A DNA stretch of 64,000 nt, taken from an uncultured virus (IMG/VR IMGVR_UViG_3300044701_003393). Lineage: Duplodnaviria > Heunggongvirae > Uroviricota > Caudoviricetes. The notes beneath the pieces were generated by a model that worked only from the letters and a program-made list of their open reading frames with translations, was not told where the DNA came from and made no database searches. Shown here in pieces: positions 1 through 9,052 of this stretch; the stretch's first letter is position 1, and the number at the start of each line of letters is the position of its first letter. The translations under genes and the position numbers were made by a program. The stretch lies in IMG/VR virus record IMGVR_UViG_3300044701_003393; one strand, written 5' to 3'.

Positions 1-409
1 CCATCCAACGACCAACGAATGGTGAGATATACGTTGCTCCTGCCTTTGAAGCAAGTATTGCTTGTGCTACAGAGAACACCAGAGTTACATTTGTTTTGAT
101 ACCTTGCTTTGATAAGAAGTTACACGCTTTCAGTCCTTCTACAGTACAAGGAACTTTGATTGTAACTGCTGGTGCAATTGAGTAATACTTTTGTGCTTGT
201 GAAAGCATTTCCTCTGCTTCATCTGCGACAACTTCTGCGGAAATGCTTTCTAACTCTGGAAATGCTTGTGATATATTTTCGATAACTTCTTTTAATTGTC
301 TTCCACTTTTAAGAATCAAAGTGGGATTTGTGGTGACTCCATCCAATAGTCCAGTATCATATGCTGAACCAATTAACGAAACATCTGCTGTGTCTAAAAA
401 GATCTTCAT
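1..409 (-). CDS. talC: Transaldolase (TalC/FSA family), N-terminal part; continues past the window edge
   Basis: Manual translation from ATG at 409: MKIFLDTAD...GVTTNPTLI...IKVPCT...NVTLVFS...TYISPFVGR, the TalC motifs. Not in the ORF track because it is truncated. Confidence 0.95.
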   Translation of the reverse strand, partial: MKIFLDTADVSLIGSAYDTGLLDGVTTNPTLILKSGRQLKEVIENISQAFPELESISAEVVADEAEEMLSQAQKYYSIAPAVTIKVPCTVEGLKACNFLSKQGIKTNVTLVFSVAQAILASKAGATYISPFVGRWM

Positions 410-510
410 AAAAGAAAAAGAACTCATAAGTAATTATAAGAAGTTATACCTATAATGCACTGTTATGTTTTGATCTGCAAATATATAATACTGAGTTTAA
501 AGGAGTATCT

Positions 511-801
511 ATGATTACACTCAAAGACTTCTTTTCAAAACTCAGACTTGGATGGTTATACGTATTTGCATCATTTAAATTGTGGTGCAATTATATGAAA
601 AACGAATCTCAGTTTGACTTTTGGATAGATGGTTTTTATAACTTCGATAATGGTCCAGAAGAACTTGAATTATGTTGGAGTAACTATGAAATTGCAATGA
701 AAAATCAGAAGAAACCAAGAGGTAGAGGGAAACCAAAATATCCCAATAATATGGAAGGTTTTTTAAAGTGGCAAAGTGAGCGTAAAAACCGTTCAACTTA
801 A
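511..801 (+). CDS. Hypothetical protein, 96 aa
   Basis: ORF preceded by AAGGAG ribosome-binding site. Confidence 0.7.
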   Translation: MITLKDFFSKLRLGWLYVFASFKLWCNYMKNESQFDFWIDGFYNFDNGPEELELCWSNYEIAMKNQKKPRGRGKPKYPNNMEGFLKWQSERKNRST

Positions 802-830
802 TATATAATCTGTACACTCTATTGAAAATT

Positions 831-974
831 ATGAATTCAAAAACATTAGTACTTAAAGTACCAGACACTTACACTGCAGAACAAATTGCAACTTTACTTG
901 CAAATACTAAATCTCAACTTCCAGAAGTATCAATTGTAGTAGTTCCTCGTGAAGTAGAAATTTCTTGGTTATAA
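831..974 (+). CDS. Small hypothetical protein, 47 aa (MNSKTLVLKVPD...EISWL)
   Basis: Manually translated ATG..TAA ORF, below the track cutoff. Confidence 0.55.
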   Translation: MNSKTLVLKVPDTYTAEQIATLLANTKSQLPEVSIVVVPREVEISWL

Positions 975-983
975 TCTTATTTA

Positions 984-991
984 CATAAATA
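984..991 (+). promoter_or_regulatory. T4-type late promoter (CATAAATA)
   Basis: Matches NATAAATA just upstream of the first hairpin of the structured leader. Confidence 0.6.
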
Positions 992-995
992 ATCT

Positions 996-1219
996 TGCGA
1001 GGAGCAATCCTCTCATTAGAGATAAGATGTATTACTAAAAGATTCCAAAAATGGTTCTTTCATTAATGCTTCATCTCTAATCGGGTAATACAGTCCGATT
1101 TCAAAGAGAAATAATCCCAGACGATTCACCTATGGTCGTCTGTGGGCTCGATTCGTCTGGCATTATGTCAGGGAGGAATTGGATTGTATTGCTCTCCGAT
1201 TAACCTTTAGGAGAAAAAA
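996..1219 (+). ncRNA. Candidate structured 5' leader RNA, family unknown
   Basis: GAGGA-GCAA-TCCTC hairpin (999-1012); long hairpin 1015-1081; long stem 1078-1102/1176-1202 with G-U pairs; internal hairpins. Confidence 0.6.
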
Positions 1220-2047
1220 ATGGCAGATCCAGTTTATATGCCCGATCCTTGGGCAGCACTCTCAGCACAGCACTCAGACATCCGTAGAGAAGGTTCTGTA
1301 GAGCGTGGTGAGATCCGTTACGATGTTGCTACTCGTTCCGCTGACAACCGTTATGCTAATGCTATCGGTCAAGGCGATATTCGTAGAGAATTAGCAAATG
1401 GTTTTGGTGATACCAGATACGCTATTGCTGAGCATTCAGAAGCAACCAACCGTGATGTTCTGAACGTAGGACATAACACAGCAGTTAAAGTAGACGAAGC
1501 TGCTGATAAAATTCAGCAAAGAGCTACTGATTTCTATATTTCTGGTCAGGCAAGAGATTTTGATCAATCCCGTGATCTTGCTGCTTTAAGAGCAACTCAA
1601 GACCTTGCTGCTCAGAAACTCAGCAGTGAAATTCTTCTTGCCACTGAGAAGACTGCTACTGCTGCTGCACTTGAGTCCGCTAAGGTTGCTGCTGCTGTAG
1701 CACTTGGACAGTCACAACTCAGCAAAGAGATTGCTGAGAGCAAGTATGATCTCAGCAAGCAGGTTTCTTATGAAAATGAGAAGACCCGTGACCTCATCAA
1801 TTCTCTCAAGAATGATGAACTCAATCGTATGCTGATTGAGCGTAACACTGACCTCAACCACTGCCGCCACGACTATTGGGGTGCCAGAGATGGTCTCTTC
1901 AATAGCCAGTTCGCAGCACTGTCTTCACAAGTTAACTCTCAGTTAAATGCTTTAAACAGTCAGATTGCTGAGACCCGTCAGGGTATGGTTAACTTCGGAA
2001 CCATGGCTGGTGTTGGTCAGTCATCAACCAGCAATGCTGTACGCTGA
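1220..2047 (+). CDS. Helical, Ala-rich protein with 11-residue repeats, 275 aa
   Basis: AGGAG RBS; repeats DIRREGSVERG/EIRYDVATRSA/DNRYANAIGQG/DIRRELANGFG/DTRYAIAEHSE. Confidence 0.85.
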   Translation: MADPVYMPDPWAALSAQHSDIRREGSVERGEIRYDVATRSADNRYANAIGQGDIRRELANGFGDTRYAIAEHSEATNRDVLNVGHNTAVKVDEAADKIQQRATDFYISGQARDFDQSRDLAALRATQDLAAQKLSSEILLATEKTATAAALESAKVAAAVALGQSQLSKEIAESKYDLSKQVSYENEKTRDLINSLKNDELNRMLIERNTDLNHCRHDYWGARDGLFNSQFAALSSQVNSQLNALNSQIAETRQGMVNFGTMAGVGQSSTSNAVR

Positions 2048-2065
2048 TTTAGTTCAGTAGTTATC

Positions 2066-2099
2066 AGGGGGAGGTTTTTACCTTCCTCCCCCTTCTTTT
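2066..2099 (+). terminator. Intra-operon hairpin or partial terminator
   Basis: AGGGGGAGG...CCTCCCCCT 9-bp stem followed by TCTTTT. Confidence 0.6.
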
Positions 2100-2113
2100 A
2101 AAGGAGAGTAACT

Positions 2114-2758
2114 ATGGACTCAGCAGAAAGAAGACTTATTGATCTTTACAATCTTCTGGCACAATACCAGAGAAGTAATGATCCAAATCTGTTTGGAAAC
2201 ATTCAGTCTATTCGTGCAGAAATCACGGAGATGCTGAATAGTCGTGGTGGTGGAAATGACAACATTAATATTGTCATAGATGGTGATAACTGCCCCGATG
2301 AGTGCCCTCCAGGTCCACCAGGACCTCCAGGAGAGCAGGGACCACCAGGACCTCCAGGACCCCAAGGAGAACCAGGAGAAGCAGGAGAACAAGGTCCTCC
2401 AGGGGAGCAAGGACCACCAGGACCACAGGGGCCCCCAGGGGAACCAGGAGTGTGTACCTGCAAATGCAAAAGCATCTTGGTTTCAGATGATTATGCTGCT
2501 ACTTGCGATGATTACTATATCGGCGTCAACAGCAACGAACCTGTTACTATTACATTACCTGAAAACTGTACCGATTGTTGTGAGATCATTGTAAAAGCAG
2601 AAATGGGACCACCACTAGGAAATCGTAAAGTTACCGTCACAACTTCCGATGGAGCATTGATTGATGGTGCTGATGATTACATCATCACTACACCTTATGG
2701 CGTTATCACTGTTTTTTGTCGTGAAGGGGATTGGTATATTATCTCAGCAAAATTATAA
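2114..2758 (+). CDS. Collagen-like protein with Cys-rich flanks and a C-terminal beta domain
   Basis: About 15 Gly-X-Y triplets flanked by CPDEC and CTCKCK; AAGGAG RBS. Confidence 0.9.
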   Translation: MDSAERRLIDLYNLLAQYQRSNDPNLFGNIQSIRAEITEMLNSRGGGNDNINIVIDGDNCPDECPPGPPGPPGEQGPPGPPGPQGEPGEAGEQGPPGEQGPPGPQGPPGEPGVCTCKCKSILVSDDYAATCDDYYIGVNSNEPVTITLPENCTDCCEIIVKAEMGPPLGNRKVTVTTSDGALIDGADDYIITTPYGVITVFCREGDWYIISAKL

Positions 2759-2760
2759 CA

Positions 2761-3543
2761 ATGAACTTCAACATCAAACCATCTAAACCAGATGAAAGAG
2801 ATTACATTTATAGAAGTGATAGTACAAGTTCCTTTCGGGAATATGTAGATCTTCGTGAGTGGGATACGATTGTTGAATCGCAAGATTCATTAAGCAGTTG
2901 TTCTTCCAATGCACTCACTAATGCATATGAACTATCAGTAAACCAATTATATCCAGAGTATTTCACACATCTCAGTCGGTTGTTTATTTACTATAACACC
3001 CGTGCTGAGTATGGAAATATTCAGGAAGATAATGGAATCTATCTCAGAGATGGTTTGAAATCGTTAGCAAAGTTTGGAGTTTGTTCTGAATCTTTGTGGC
3101 CTTATGATTTAGACAAGTTTGATGATCGTCCAACAGATGAATGCTATGAGGACGCAAAGAAAAGAACAGTTCTAAAGTATCAAAAACTTATCAGTGCTTA
3201 TTATATTACTGAAGTGCTGAATAACAACAAACCTGTTGTATTTGGAATGCAAATTTATGATAGTTTTATGGATCTAAATGAACGTATTTCTACTATACAT
3301 TTTCCTTCCAGAAAAGAAAAAAGTCTTGGTGGACACGCAATGTGTATGGTTGGTTATGATTTAGAAAAGAGATTATTCTTAGCAAAGAATAGTTTTGGAA
3401 CTAGCTGGGGGGATAAGGGATACTGTTGGATTCCTTTTGAATACCTCAAACAAGAAGGATACGACATTTGGACTTTTGACATATCCAACCAAACAGGAGA
3501 CTCAAATGTACTATCCGAGACCTTACTACCCATATTGCCATAG
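2761..3543 (+). CDS. Papain-like (C1A) cysteine protease
   Basis: VDLR..., QDSLSSC (catalytic Cys), GGHAMCMVGYD (His), KNSFG (Asn), WGDKGY; ATG at 2761 preferred over the track start 2731. Confidence 0.9.
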   Translation: MNFNIKPSKPDERDYIYRSDSTSSFREYVDLREWDTIVESQDSLSSCSSNALTNAYELSVNQLYPEYFTHLSRLFIYYNTRAEYGNIQEDNGIYLRDGLKSLAKFGVCSESLWPYDLDKFDDRPTDECYEDAKKRTVLKYQKLISAYYITEVLNNNKPVVFGMQIYDSFMDLNERISTIHFPSRKEKSLGGHAMCMVGYDLEKRLFLAKNSFGTSWGDKGYCWIPFEYLKQEGYDIWTFDISNQTGDSNVLSETLLPILP

Positions 3544-3643
3544 AAGATACTATGACTACTATGATCCTTATTATTATGGGCGTTATCCTTACTACGATAG
3601 ATATTGCCCTTATTATCCTTATTATCCGTACTATCCTTACTAA
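3506..3643 (+). CDS. Tyr/Pro-rich peptide, 45 aa (23 Tyr)
   Basis: AGGAG at 3495-3499 before ATG 3506; MYYPRPYYPYCHRRYYDYYDPYYYGRYPYYDRYCPYYPYYPYYPY. Confidence 0.75.
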   Translation: MYYPRPYYPYCHRRYYDYYDPYYYGRYPYYDRYCPYYPYYPYYPY

Positions 3644-3657
3644 GTAGGAGATTCAAA

Positions 3658-3936
3658 ATGCAATACCACTATCAACCATATCCTTATTATATGAGATATT
3701 ATAATATTGATCCTTATTATTATAGAAGATATTATTACAATCCATACTACAACTATCAAAAAAATATAATTGATAGTCAGATTGCAGATGTAGATCAAAG
3801 TATTAATAACTTTGGAGATATGACTGATGTAATTCAGGATTCTGTGATTAATCAATCAATGCATCCTGCTCCAGAATCTTCTAAGAATCCACCAGATGTT
3901 GTTCCGATAATAGAACCAATTCCTCCAGTATCTTAA
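3658..3936 (+). CDS. Protein with Tyr-rich N-terminus and Pro-rich tail, 92 aa
   Basis: AGGAG RBS before ATG 3658; MQYHYQPYPYYMRYYNIDPYYYRRYYYNPYY... Confidence 0.75.
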   Translation: MQYHYQPYPYYMRYYNIDPYYYRRYYYNPYYNYQKNIIDSQIADVDQSINNFGDMTDVIQDSVINQSMHPAPESSKNPPDVVPIIEPIPPVS

Positions 3937-3942
3937 TACTTT

Positions 3943-3976
3943 AAAAGAGTGATGCTACAGCACCACTCTTTATTTT
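3943..3976. terminator. Bidirectional rho-independent terminator
   Basis: AAAGAGTG...CACTCTTT inverted repeat between convergent genes. Confidence 0.7.
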
Positions 3977-4288
3977 TTATTTCATAAATTCTTCAAGACT
4001 TTCTGAAGAAGGTTCCTTATTCAAGGAAACACAATCATTTAAATAAGTCTTTTCAAGTTCCATCATTTCTTTTGCATCAAGAATAACCCATTCTTTTTTA
4101 ATATCAAGATAGGTTTCCCAAAGAGGTACTCCGTCAGATTCCATTCGCCTATACAGTCTACCTTGATAAGGTTCAAAGTATTGCCCAGAGAAGTGTCGGG
4201 ATACTTTGAGTTTTTGGTTTTTCAGTTCATCCAAAGTTTTTTGGAGATCCGAAATCTGTTGTTCGATTTGTTCAATAGTAAGAGACAT
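3977..4288 (-). CDS. Hypothetical protein
   Basis: 103-aa ORF in a tightly packed minus-strand run. Confidence 0.7.
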   Translation of the reverse strand: MSLTIEQIEQQISDLQKTLDELKNQKLKVSRHFSGQYFEPYQGRLYRRMESDGVPLWETYLDIKKEWVILDAKEMMELEKTYLNDCVSLNKEPSSESLEEFMK

Positions 4289-4292
4289 AATT

Positions 4293-4496
4293 TTATTTTG
4301 ATGTAGTATGTTGCTTTAAGGATATAATGCGATTTTGTAAATCTTCTATGTCCTTGTGAAGGACTTTTACTTCAGTTTCAAGTCTTGCAATATTTACAAC
4401 ATTAGTTGAAACAAATGAAGTCATAACACCAAACCATAACCATAATAGAACTTGAAGGGTTCTAACAATTTCTTTTTGTTTTTTTTTCCATATCAA
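4293..4496 (-). CDS. Hypothetical membrane protein (one TM helix plus coiled coil)
   Basis: Overlaps the upstream ORF by 4 nt; hydrophobic stretch. Confidence 0.55.
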   Translation of the reverse strand: MIWKKKQKEIVRTLQVLLWLWFGVMTSFVSTNVVNIARLETEVKVLHKDIEDLQNRIISLKQHTTSK

Positions 4497-4918
4497 TTGA
4501 CCATTACTTCAAAAAGATTTGTGCTTTCGTCAATCACCAGTTCTTTATCAAATAGTTCTACAAGATCTTCAAAGTAATCTTGAATTGCTTGATAACCCAA
4601 AGAGCATCCCATATCCCAAGCCTTATTAAAAATCTTATCTGCTTTTGGATGCCCTGTCATTCCATATTCTTCAATGAGATCTCTACGAAACTCATCCTGC
4701 AATCTTTTGTTTTCTTCATGATAATGTTTCATATGAGCATTAAATGAAACCTCATCAAGAACCTTCTCTTCTACACATCCCTTTGGAGGTTCAAAATCAT
4801 CTTCAAACTGTCTTTTCATTCCTACCATTACTCCCTTTCGGTAATAATAGATGGTCATATAATCGTCTTTCTTTGGTATTGATACCGAAGTCTCTTGATA
4901 ATATGAAAAAGGTTTCAT
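4493..4918 (-). CDS. Hypothetical protein
   Basis: 141-aa ORF. Confidence 0.75.
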   Translation of the reverse strand: MKPFSYYQETSVSIPKKDDYMTIYYYRKGVMVGMKRQFEDDFEPPKGCVEEKVLDEVSFNAHMKHYHEENKRLQDEFRRDLIEEYGMTGHPKADKIFNKAWDMGCSLGYQAIQDYFEDLVELFDKELVIDESTNLFEVMVN

Positions 4919-5028
4919 TTTTTTATCGTAAAGGACATAAAAAAGACACTACACTTGGTGCCCTTTCTTGACCATAGTATAACAAACCTTTAGATATAGC
5001 GCAAGTCCCATTTGTGGGAAGTGTTGAT

Positions 5029-5057
5029 ATTCTATGCGATTTTTGCATAGTTGTCAA
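5029..5057 (-). promoter_or_regulatory. Sigma70-type early promoter
   Basis: TTGACA-17 nt-TAGAAT. Confidence 0.65.
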
Positions 5058-5129
5058 TATCATATGAATGAAATTACAAACATAAAGATACCAAAGAGTA
5101 TGAAGACTGTAAGGATGAAGAACATATGC

Positions 5130-5249
5130 TTAAAAGTACATCATCGAAAGAGTGAATACAACAAACACAATAACTGTAAATATCATAATTCCTACACCAG
5201 CCCAAACCACCCAGGGCTCCATAGGTTCGTAATCGCGGTTATGAGACAT
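5130..5249 (-). CDS. Small single-TM protein, 39 aa
   Basis: MSHNRDYEPMEPWVVWAGVGIMIFTVIVFVVFTLSMMYF; a second 21-aa hydrophobic ORF follows at 5060-5125. Confidence 0.5.
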   Translation of the reverse strand: MSHNRDYEPMEPWVVWAGVGIMIFTVIVFVVFTLSMMYF

Positions 5250-5823
5250 AAAATTTGAGGTTTTCTAAAAGTGTTTGAAGTTCTTGTAGGGTGGCGTCAT
5301 TTTTGAGAGTGTTTGCTCTATTACTTATGACCCACACATTACCTTTTATGTATCCCTTTGAGGGGTCAATACGATCTAAAGATGGAGAATTTCCTTGCTG
5401 ACTTCCCTTACCACGATGACATTCTAATGGTATTCCAAGAAGAGGACACTTATCTGGAATAATAATATCTTTTTGTTCTATTGCGAAGTCTAATCCTTTC
5501 TGCTTTGCTCTATATTTTGCTCTAGACCACATGGCAGATACTTCATCAATACCTTTCTCCCTCCTTTCTTGATGAAGTTCTTTTAATCTACATCCACAAG
5601 ATTTTATTTCTGCTTTAGATCCTATTATATAATCCTTACGAATTTTGTCCTTTATATTACCACATTCACACTCACATTTAAAATAAATGCTTTTCTTATC
5701 ACTATACTGTTCTAAAATAGTAAGTCTCCCACAAGTCTGACCGACATATGAGAGACTTGATTTAGGGCGACCCCCTTTTAATCGGGGGTCATTTTTTAAT
5801 CCTTTATTCCAAACCATTAGCAT
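5239..5823 (-). mobile_element. Free-standing HNH homing endonuclease downstream of psbD
   Basis: WNKG motif, CECECG/SCGC zinc motifs, SLDRIDPSKGYIKGNVWVISNRAN nuclease motif. Confidence 0.8.
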
Positions 5824-5846
5824 TACCGCAAGTAATACTAATTATA

Positions 5847-6908
5847 TCATAAAGCATTTCCTCGCGGCAATATTTCATCAGGAAACTGGAAGTTTTCGTG
5901 AGGTTGATCTGTAGGAGCCATCCAAGCACGGAGGCCTTCGTTTAATAATATATTTTTTGTGTAAAATGTCTCAAATTCCGGGTCTTCCGCAGCACGAATT
6001 TCCTGACTTACAAAATCATAGGCCCTAAGATTGAGAGCCAAACCAATAATGCCAATAGAACTAGTCCAGAGACCCATAACGGGAACAAAAAGCATGAAAA
6101 AATGTAACCAACGCTTATTGGAAAAAGCAATTCCAAAAATCTGCGACCAGAATCGGTTTGCAGTAACCATCGAATAAGTCTCTTCCTCTTGAGTCGGTTC
6201 AAATGCCTTGAAAGTGTTTGCTTGTTCGCCATCTTCAAATAATGTATTTTCTACAGTTGCTCCATGAATCGCACAGAGCAGTGCTCCACCCAGTATACCA
6301 GCAACTCCCATCATATGGAAGGGGTTGAGGGTCCAGTTGTGGAAACCCTGAAGAAACAGAAGGAACCTAAAGATAGCAGCAACACCAAAGGATGGAGCAA
6401 AGAACCAACTGGATTGACCCAGTGGATACATCAGGAATACAGAAACAAATACAGCGATAGGACCAGAGAATGCGATTGCATTGTAAGGACGGATGCCTAC
6501 AAGACGAGCAATCTCAAACTGTCGAAGCATAAAACCTATAAGAGCGAAGGCTCCGTGGAGCGCCACAAAAGTCCAGAGTCCCCCAAGTTGGCACCACCTG
6601 ACGAAATCCCCTTGAGACTCAGGACCCCAAAGTAGAAGAAGAGAATGACCCATAGCATCTGCAGGCGTCGAAACAGCTGCTGTGAGGAAATTAGCACCCT
6701 CAAGGTAACTAGACGCCAACCCGTGGGTGTACCAGCTTGTAACAAACGTTGTGCCAGTAAGCCAGCCACCAAGGGCCAAATAAGCAGTGGGAAAAAGAAG
6801 TAGTCCAGACCAGCCCACAAATACAAAGCGATCTCGTTTAAGCCAGTCATCCAAGACATCGAACCACCCCCTTTGTGAAATTGGTTGTGAAAGTGTTGAC
6901 GAAACCAT
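5847..6908 (-). CDS. psbD: Photosystem II D2 protein
   Basis: [21 protein letters not shown]...LPRGNAL; GGAGG RBS before ATG 6908. Confidence 0.99.
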   Translation of the reverse strand: MVSSTLSQPISQRGWFDVLDDWLKRDRFVFVGWSGLLLFPTAYLALGGWLTGTTFVTSWYTHGLASSYLEGANFLTAAVSTPADAMGHSLLLLWGPESQGDFVRWCQLGGLWTFVALHGAFALIGFMLRQFEIARLVGIRPYNAIAFSGPIAVFVSVFLMYPLGQSSWFFAPSFGVAAIFRFLLFLQGFHNWTLNPFHMMGVAGILGGALLCAIHGATVENTLFEDGEQANTFKAFEPTQEEETYSMVTANRFWSQIFGIAFSNKRWLHFFMLFVPVMGLWTSSIGIIGLALNLRAYDFVSQEIRAAEDPEFETFYTKNILLNEGLRAWMAPTDQPHENFQFPDEILPRGNAL

Positions 6909-6931
6909 CAATCCTCCGTAATGATTTGTAA

Positions 6932-6965
6932 TATTTATTGTAATGTTTCTTAATCAGGAAGTCAA
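6932..6965 (-). promoter_or_regulatory. Overlapping early and late promoters for psbD
   Basis: TTGACT-17-TACAAT with AATAAATA overlapping the -10. Confidence 0.6.
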
Positions 6966-7234
6966 TCAGTATAGTTACCTAAAATCTTGGTAATGTTCTG
7001 TGTAATAGGAACTCCACCAATATACTCTTCGATTACTTCATCATCTTTAATGACTAGAAGAGTAGGAGTTGCGGTAACTCCATATTTTTTAGCAAATTGA
7101 AGATCTTCTTCGGCACATCCATCATCAAGAAGAATTTCTTTAATTTGTTCTGTCCTTGGGTCATTCATCGTTTTGAAATACTTTTTGACTAGAATACAAG
7201 GACCGCATTCCGTTTTTGAGAAAAGATAAAGCAT
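6962..7234 (-). CDS. Thioredoxin/glutaredoxin-like protein
   Basis: CGPC active site; YGVTATPTL cis-Pro motif. Confidence 0.85.
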   Translation of the reverse strand: MLYLFSKTECGPCILVKKYFKTMNDPRTEQIKEILLDDGCAEEDLQFAKKYGVTATPTLLVIKDDEVIEEYIGGVPITQNITKILGNYTD

Positions 7235-7287
7235 AAAAAAAGAGGGTTGTTATACCCTCTTAATTATATCAGTTATTAAGTTTTATA

Positions 7288-7659
7288 TCAATAAGCATTT
7301 AGATATTCAATCATTTTTTGAAGTGTTTGAATATTATCTCCAACAAGACCCAGTGCAGTATTGCAGTTATTGCAGAGGACACCGCGAACCTTATTTGTAG
7401 AGTGGCAGTGGTCTATACATTTCTTTGTTAGTTCCACATTACATATCTGACAGTTCTCATTTTTCATAAGTTCTGCGTATTGCTGTTCGGTAAGTTTGAA
7501 CTTCCTACGCATAAATTCGTGAGGTTTATAGTATTGCCTACGATTTTCAGTAGAACACTTTTTACATTTTGGTTGCAACCCAACACTACCAGAAGAATAA
7601 GTTCGTTTATGAAAAGAACTTTCTGGTAGAGATTGATTACACTTAGAACAAACTTTCAT
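7288..7659 (-). mobile_element. Endonuclease VII-family free-standing homing endonuclease (F-CphI-like)
   Basis: CQIC...IDHCH...VRGVLCNNCN motif; directly downstream of psbA; own TATAAATA late promoter at 7686-7693. Confidence 0.85.
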
Positions 7660-7692
7660 TTTTTGTAATGCTTATTTTCTATACTTATTTAT

Positions 7693-7718
7693 AAAAAAAG
7701 AGACCCTTTCGGGTCTCT
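7693..7718 (-). terminator. psbA terminator
   Basis: AGAGACCC-GAAA-GGGTCTCT followed by a T run. Confidence 0.85.
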
Positions 7719-7739
7719 AAAAAACTTATGAAGTTTTTA

Positions 7740-8819
7740 TCAACCGATTGTAGGAGCGGTAAGAGCAACAGGAGTTGCTTCTACGCTTGCAAGATCCAAT
7801 GGAAAGTTATGTGCGTTTCTCTCATGGGACACCTCCATCCCGAGATTGGCACGGTTGAGTACATCAGCCCAGGTATTGATTACCTTACCCTGACTATCAA
7901 CAATACTTTGATTAAAGTTGAAACCATTCAAATTGAAAGCCATCGTAGAAACACCAAGAGCAGTGAACCAGATGCCTACAACGGGCCAGGCAGCGAGGAA
8001 GAAGTGCAGCGAACGAGAGTTGTTGAACGAAGCATATTGGAAGATCAGACGACCAAAGTAACCGTGTGCGGCAACGATGTTATAAGTCTCTTCTTCTTGA
8101 CCGAACTTGTAACCATAGTTCTGCGACTCATTCTCAGTGGTTTCACGAACCAGCGAGGAAGTCACCAGTGAACCGTGCATCGCAGAGAACAGAGAACCAC
8201 CGAAGACACCAGCAACTCCAAGCATATGGAAGGGGTGCATCAGAATGTTATGCTCTGCCTGGAACACAAGCATATAGTTGAAAGTACCAGAGATACCCAG
8301 AGGCATACCATCAGAGAAAGAACCTTGACCGAAAGGATAAACCAGGAAAACAGCAGTAGCAGCAGCAACAGGTGCAGAATATGCTACGCAAATCCAAGGA
8401 CGCATACCAAGACGATAGGAGAGTTCCCACTCACGTCCCATATAAGAGAAAATACCGATGAGGAAGTGGAAGACTACCAGTTGGTAAGGACCACCGTTGT
8501 AAAGCCACTCATCAAGAGAGGCAGCTTCCCAGATGGGATAAAAGTGCAAGCCAATGGCGTTGCTTGAAGGAATAACAGCACCTGAAATGATGTTGTTTCC
8601 GTACATTAGCGAACCAGCAACTGGTTCACGGATGCCGTCAATGTCTACAGGAGGTGCAGCAATGAAGGCGACGATGAAACAAATCGTTGCGGCAAGCAGC
8701 GTTGGAATCATCAGAGTACCGAACCAACCAACATAGAGGCGGTTGTTCGTTGAAGTAACCCACTCGCAGAATTGATCCCAAGTGGAAGTAGAACGTTGTT
8801 GTGAAATTGTAGCAGTCAT
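7740..8819 (-). CDS. psbA: Photosystem II D1 protein, intron-less, Glu130 form
   Basis: Full D1 sequence: [10 protein letters not shown]...[13 protein letters not shown]. Confidence 0.99.
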   Translation of the reverse strand: MTATISQQRSTSTWDQFCEWVTSTNNRLYVGWFGTLMIPTLLAATICFIVAFIAAPPVDIDGIREPVAGSLMYGNNIISGAVIPSSNAIGLHFYPIWEAASLDEWLYNGGPYQLVVFHFLIGIFSYMGREWELSYRLGMRPWICVAYSAPVAAATAVFLVYPFGQGSFSDGMPLGISGTFNYMLVFQAEHNILMHPFHMLGVAGVFGGSLFSAMHGSLVTSSLVRETTENESQNYGYKFGQEEETYNIVAAHGYFGRLIFQYASFNNSRSLHFFLAAWPVVGIWFTALGVSTMAFNLNGFNFNQSIVDSQGKVINTWADVLNRANLGMEVSHERNAHNFPLDLASVEATPVALTAPTIG

Positions 8820-8868
8820 TTTTCGTTAAAGGGTAAGTAAAAGTCCAGGGGGTTCTGGATGTTACAAT

Positions 8869-8940
8869 ATTCCCCACACCACCCTCCAGTGTGGGTATGA
8901 GAGACGTGATTTACCCTCCCATAGGTCTCGGTTAACGGGA
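8869..8940 (-). ncRNA. PhotoRC-II-like cis-regulatory RNA
   Basis: ACCGAGACCTATGGGAGGGTAAATCACGTCTCTCATACCCACACTGGAGGGTGGTGTGGG in the psbA 5' UTR; family recognised from memory, needs Rfam confirmation. Confidence 0.7.
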
Positions 8941-8983
8941 GCACAAAGATTAAGAACCTGTTACATTTCTTAACCCGTTGATG

Positions 8984-9017
8984 TATTTATCATAACAGTT
9001 CGTGAAGAACCTGTCAA
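8984..9017 (-). promoter_or_regulatory. Overlapping early and late promoters for psbA
   Basis: TTGACA-17-TATGAT plus GATAAATA. Confidence 0.7.
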
Positions 9018-9052
9018 CCCCCCTAAATACTCTTGCATCATAAGGACTACTA

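Noticed and set aside
2120..2594. Alternative-frame and antisense ORFs over the collagen region
   Set aside because: By-products of Gly-X-Y codon periodicity.
7740..8819. Group I intron in psbA
   Set aside because: The reading frame is continuous and full length.
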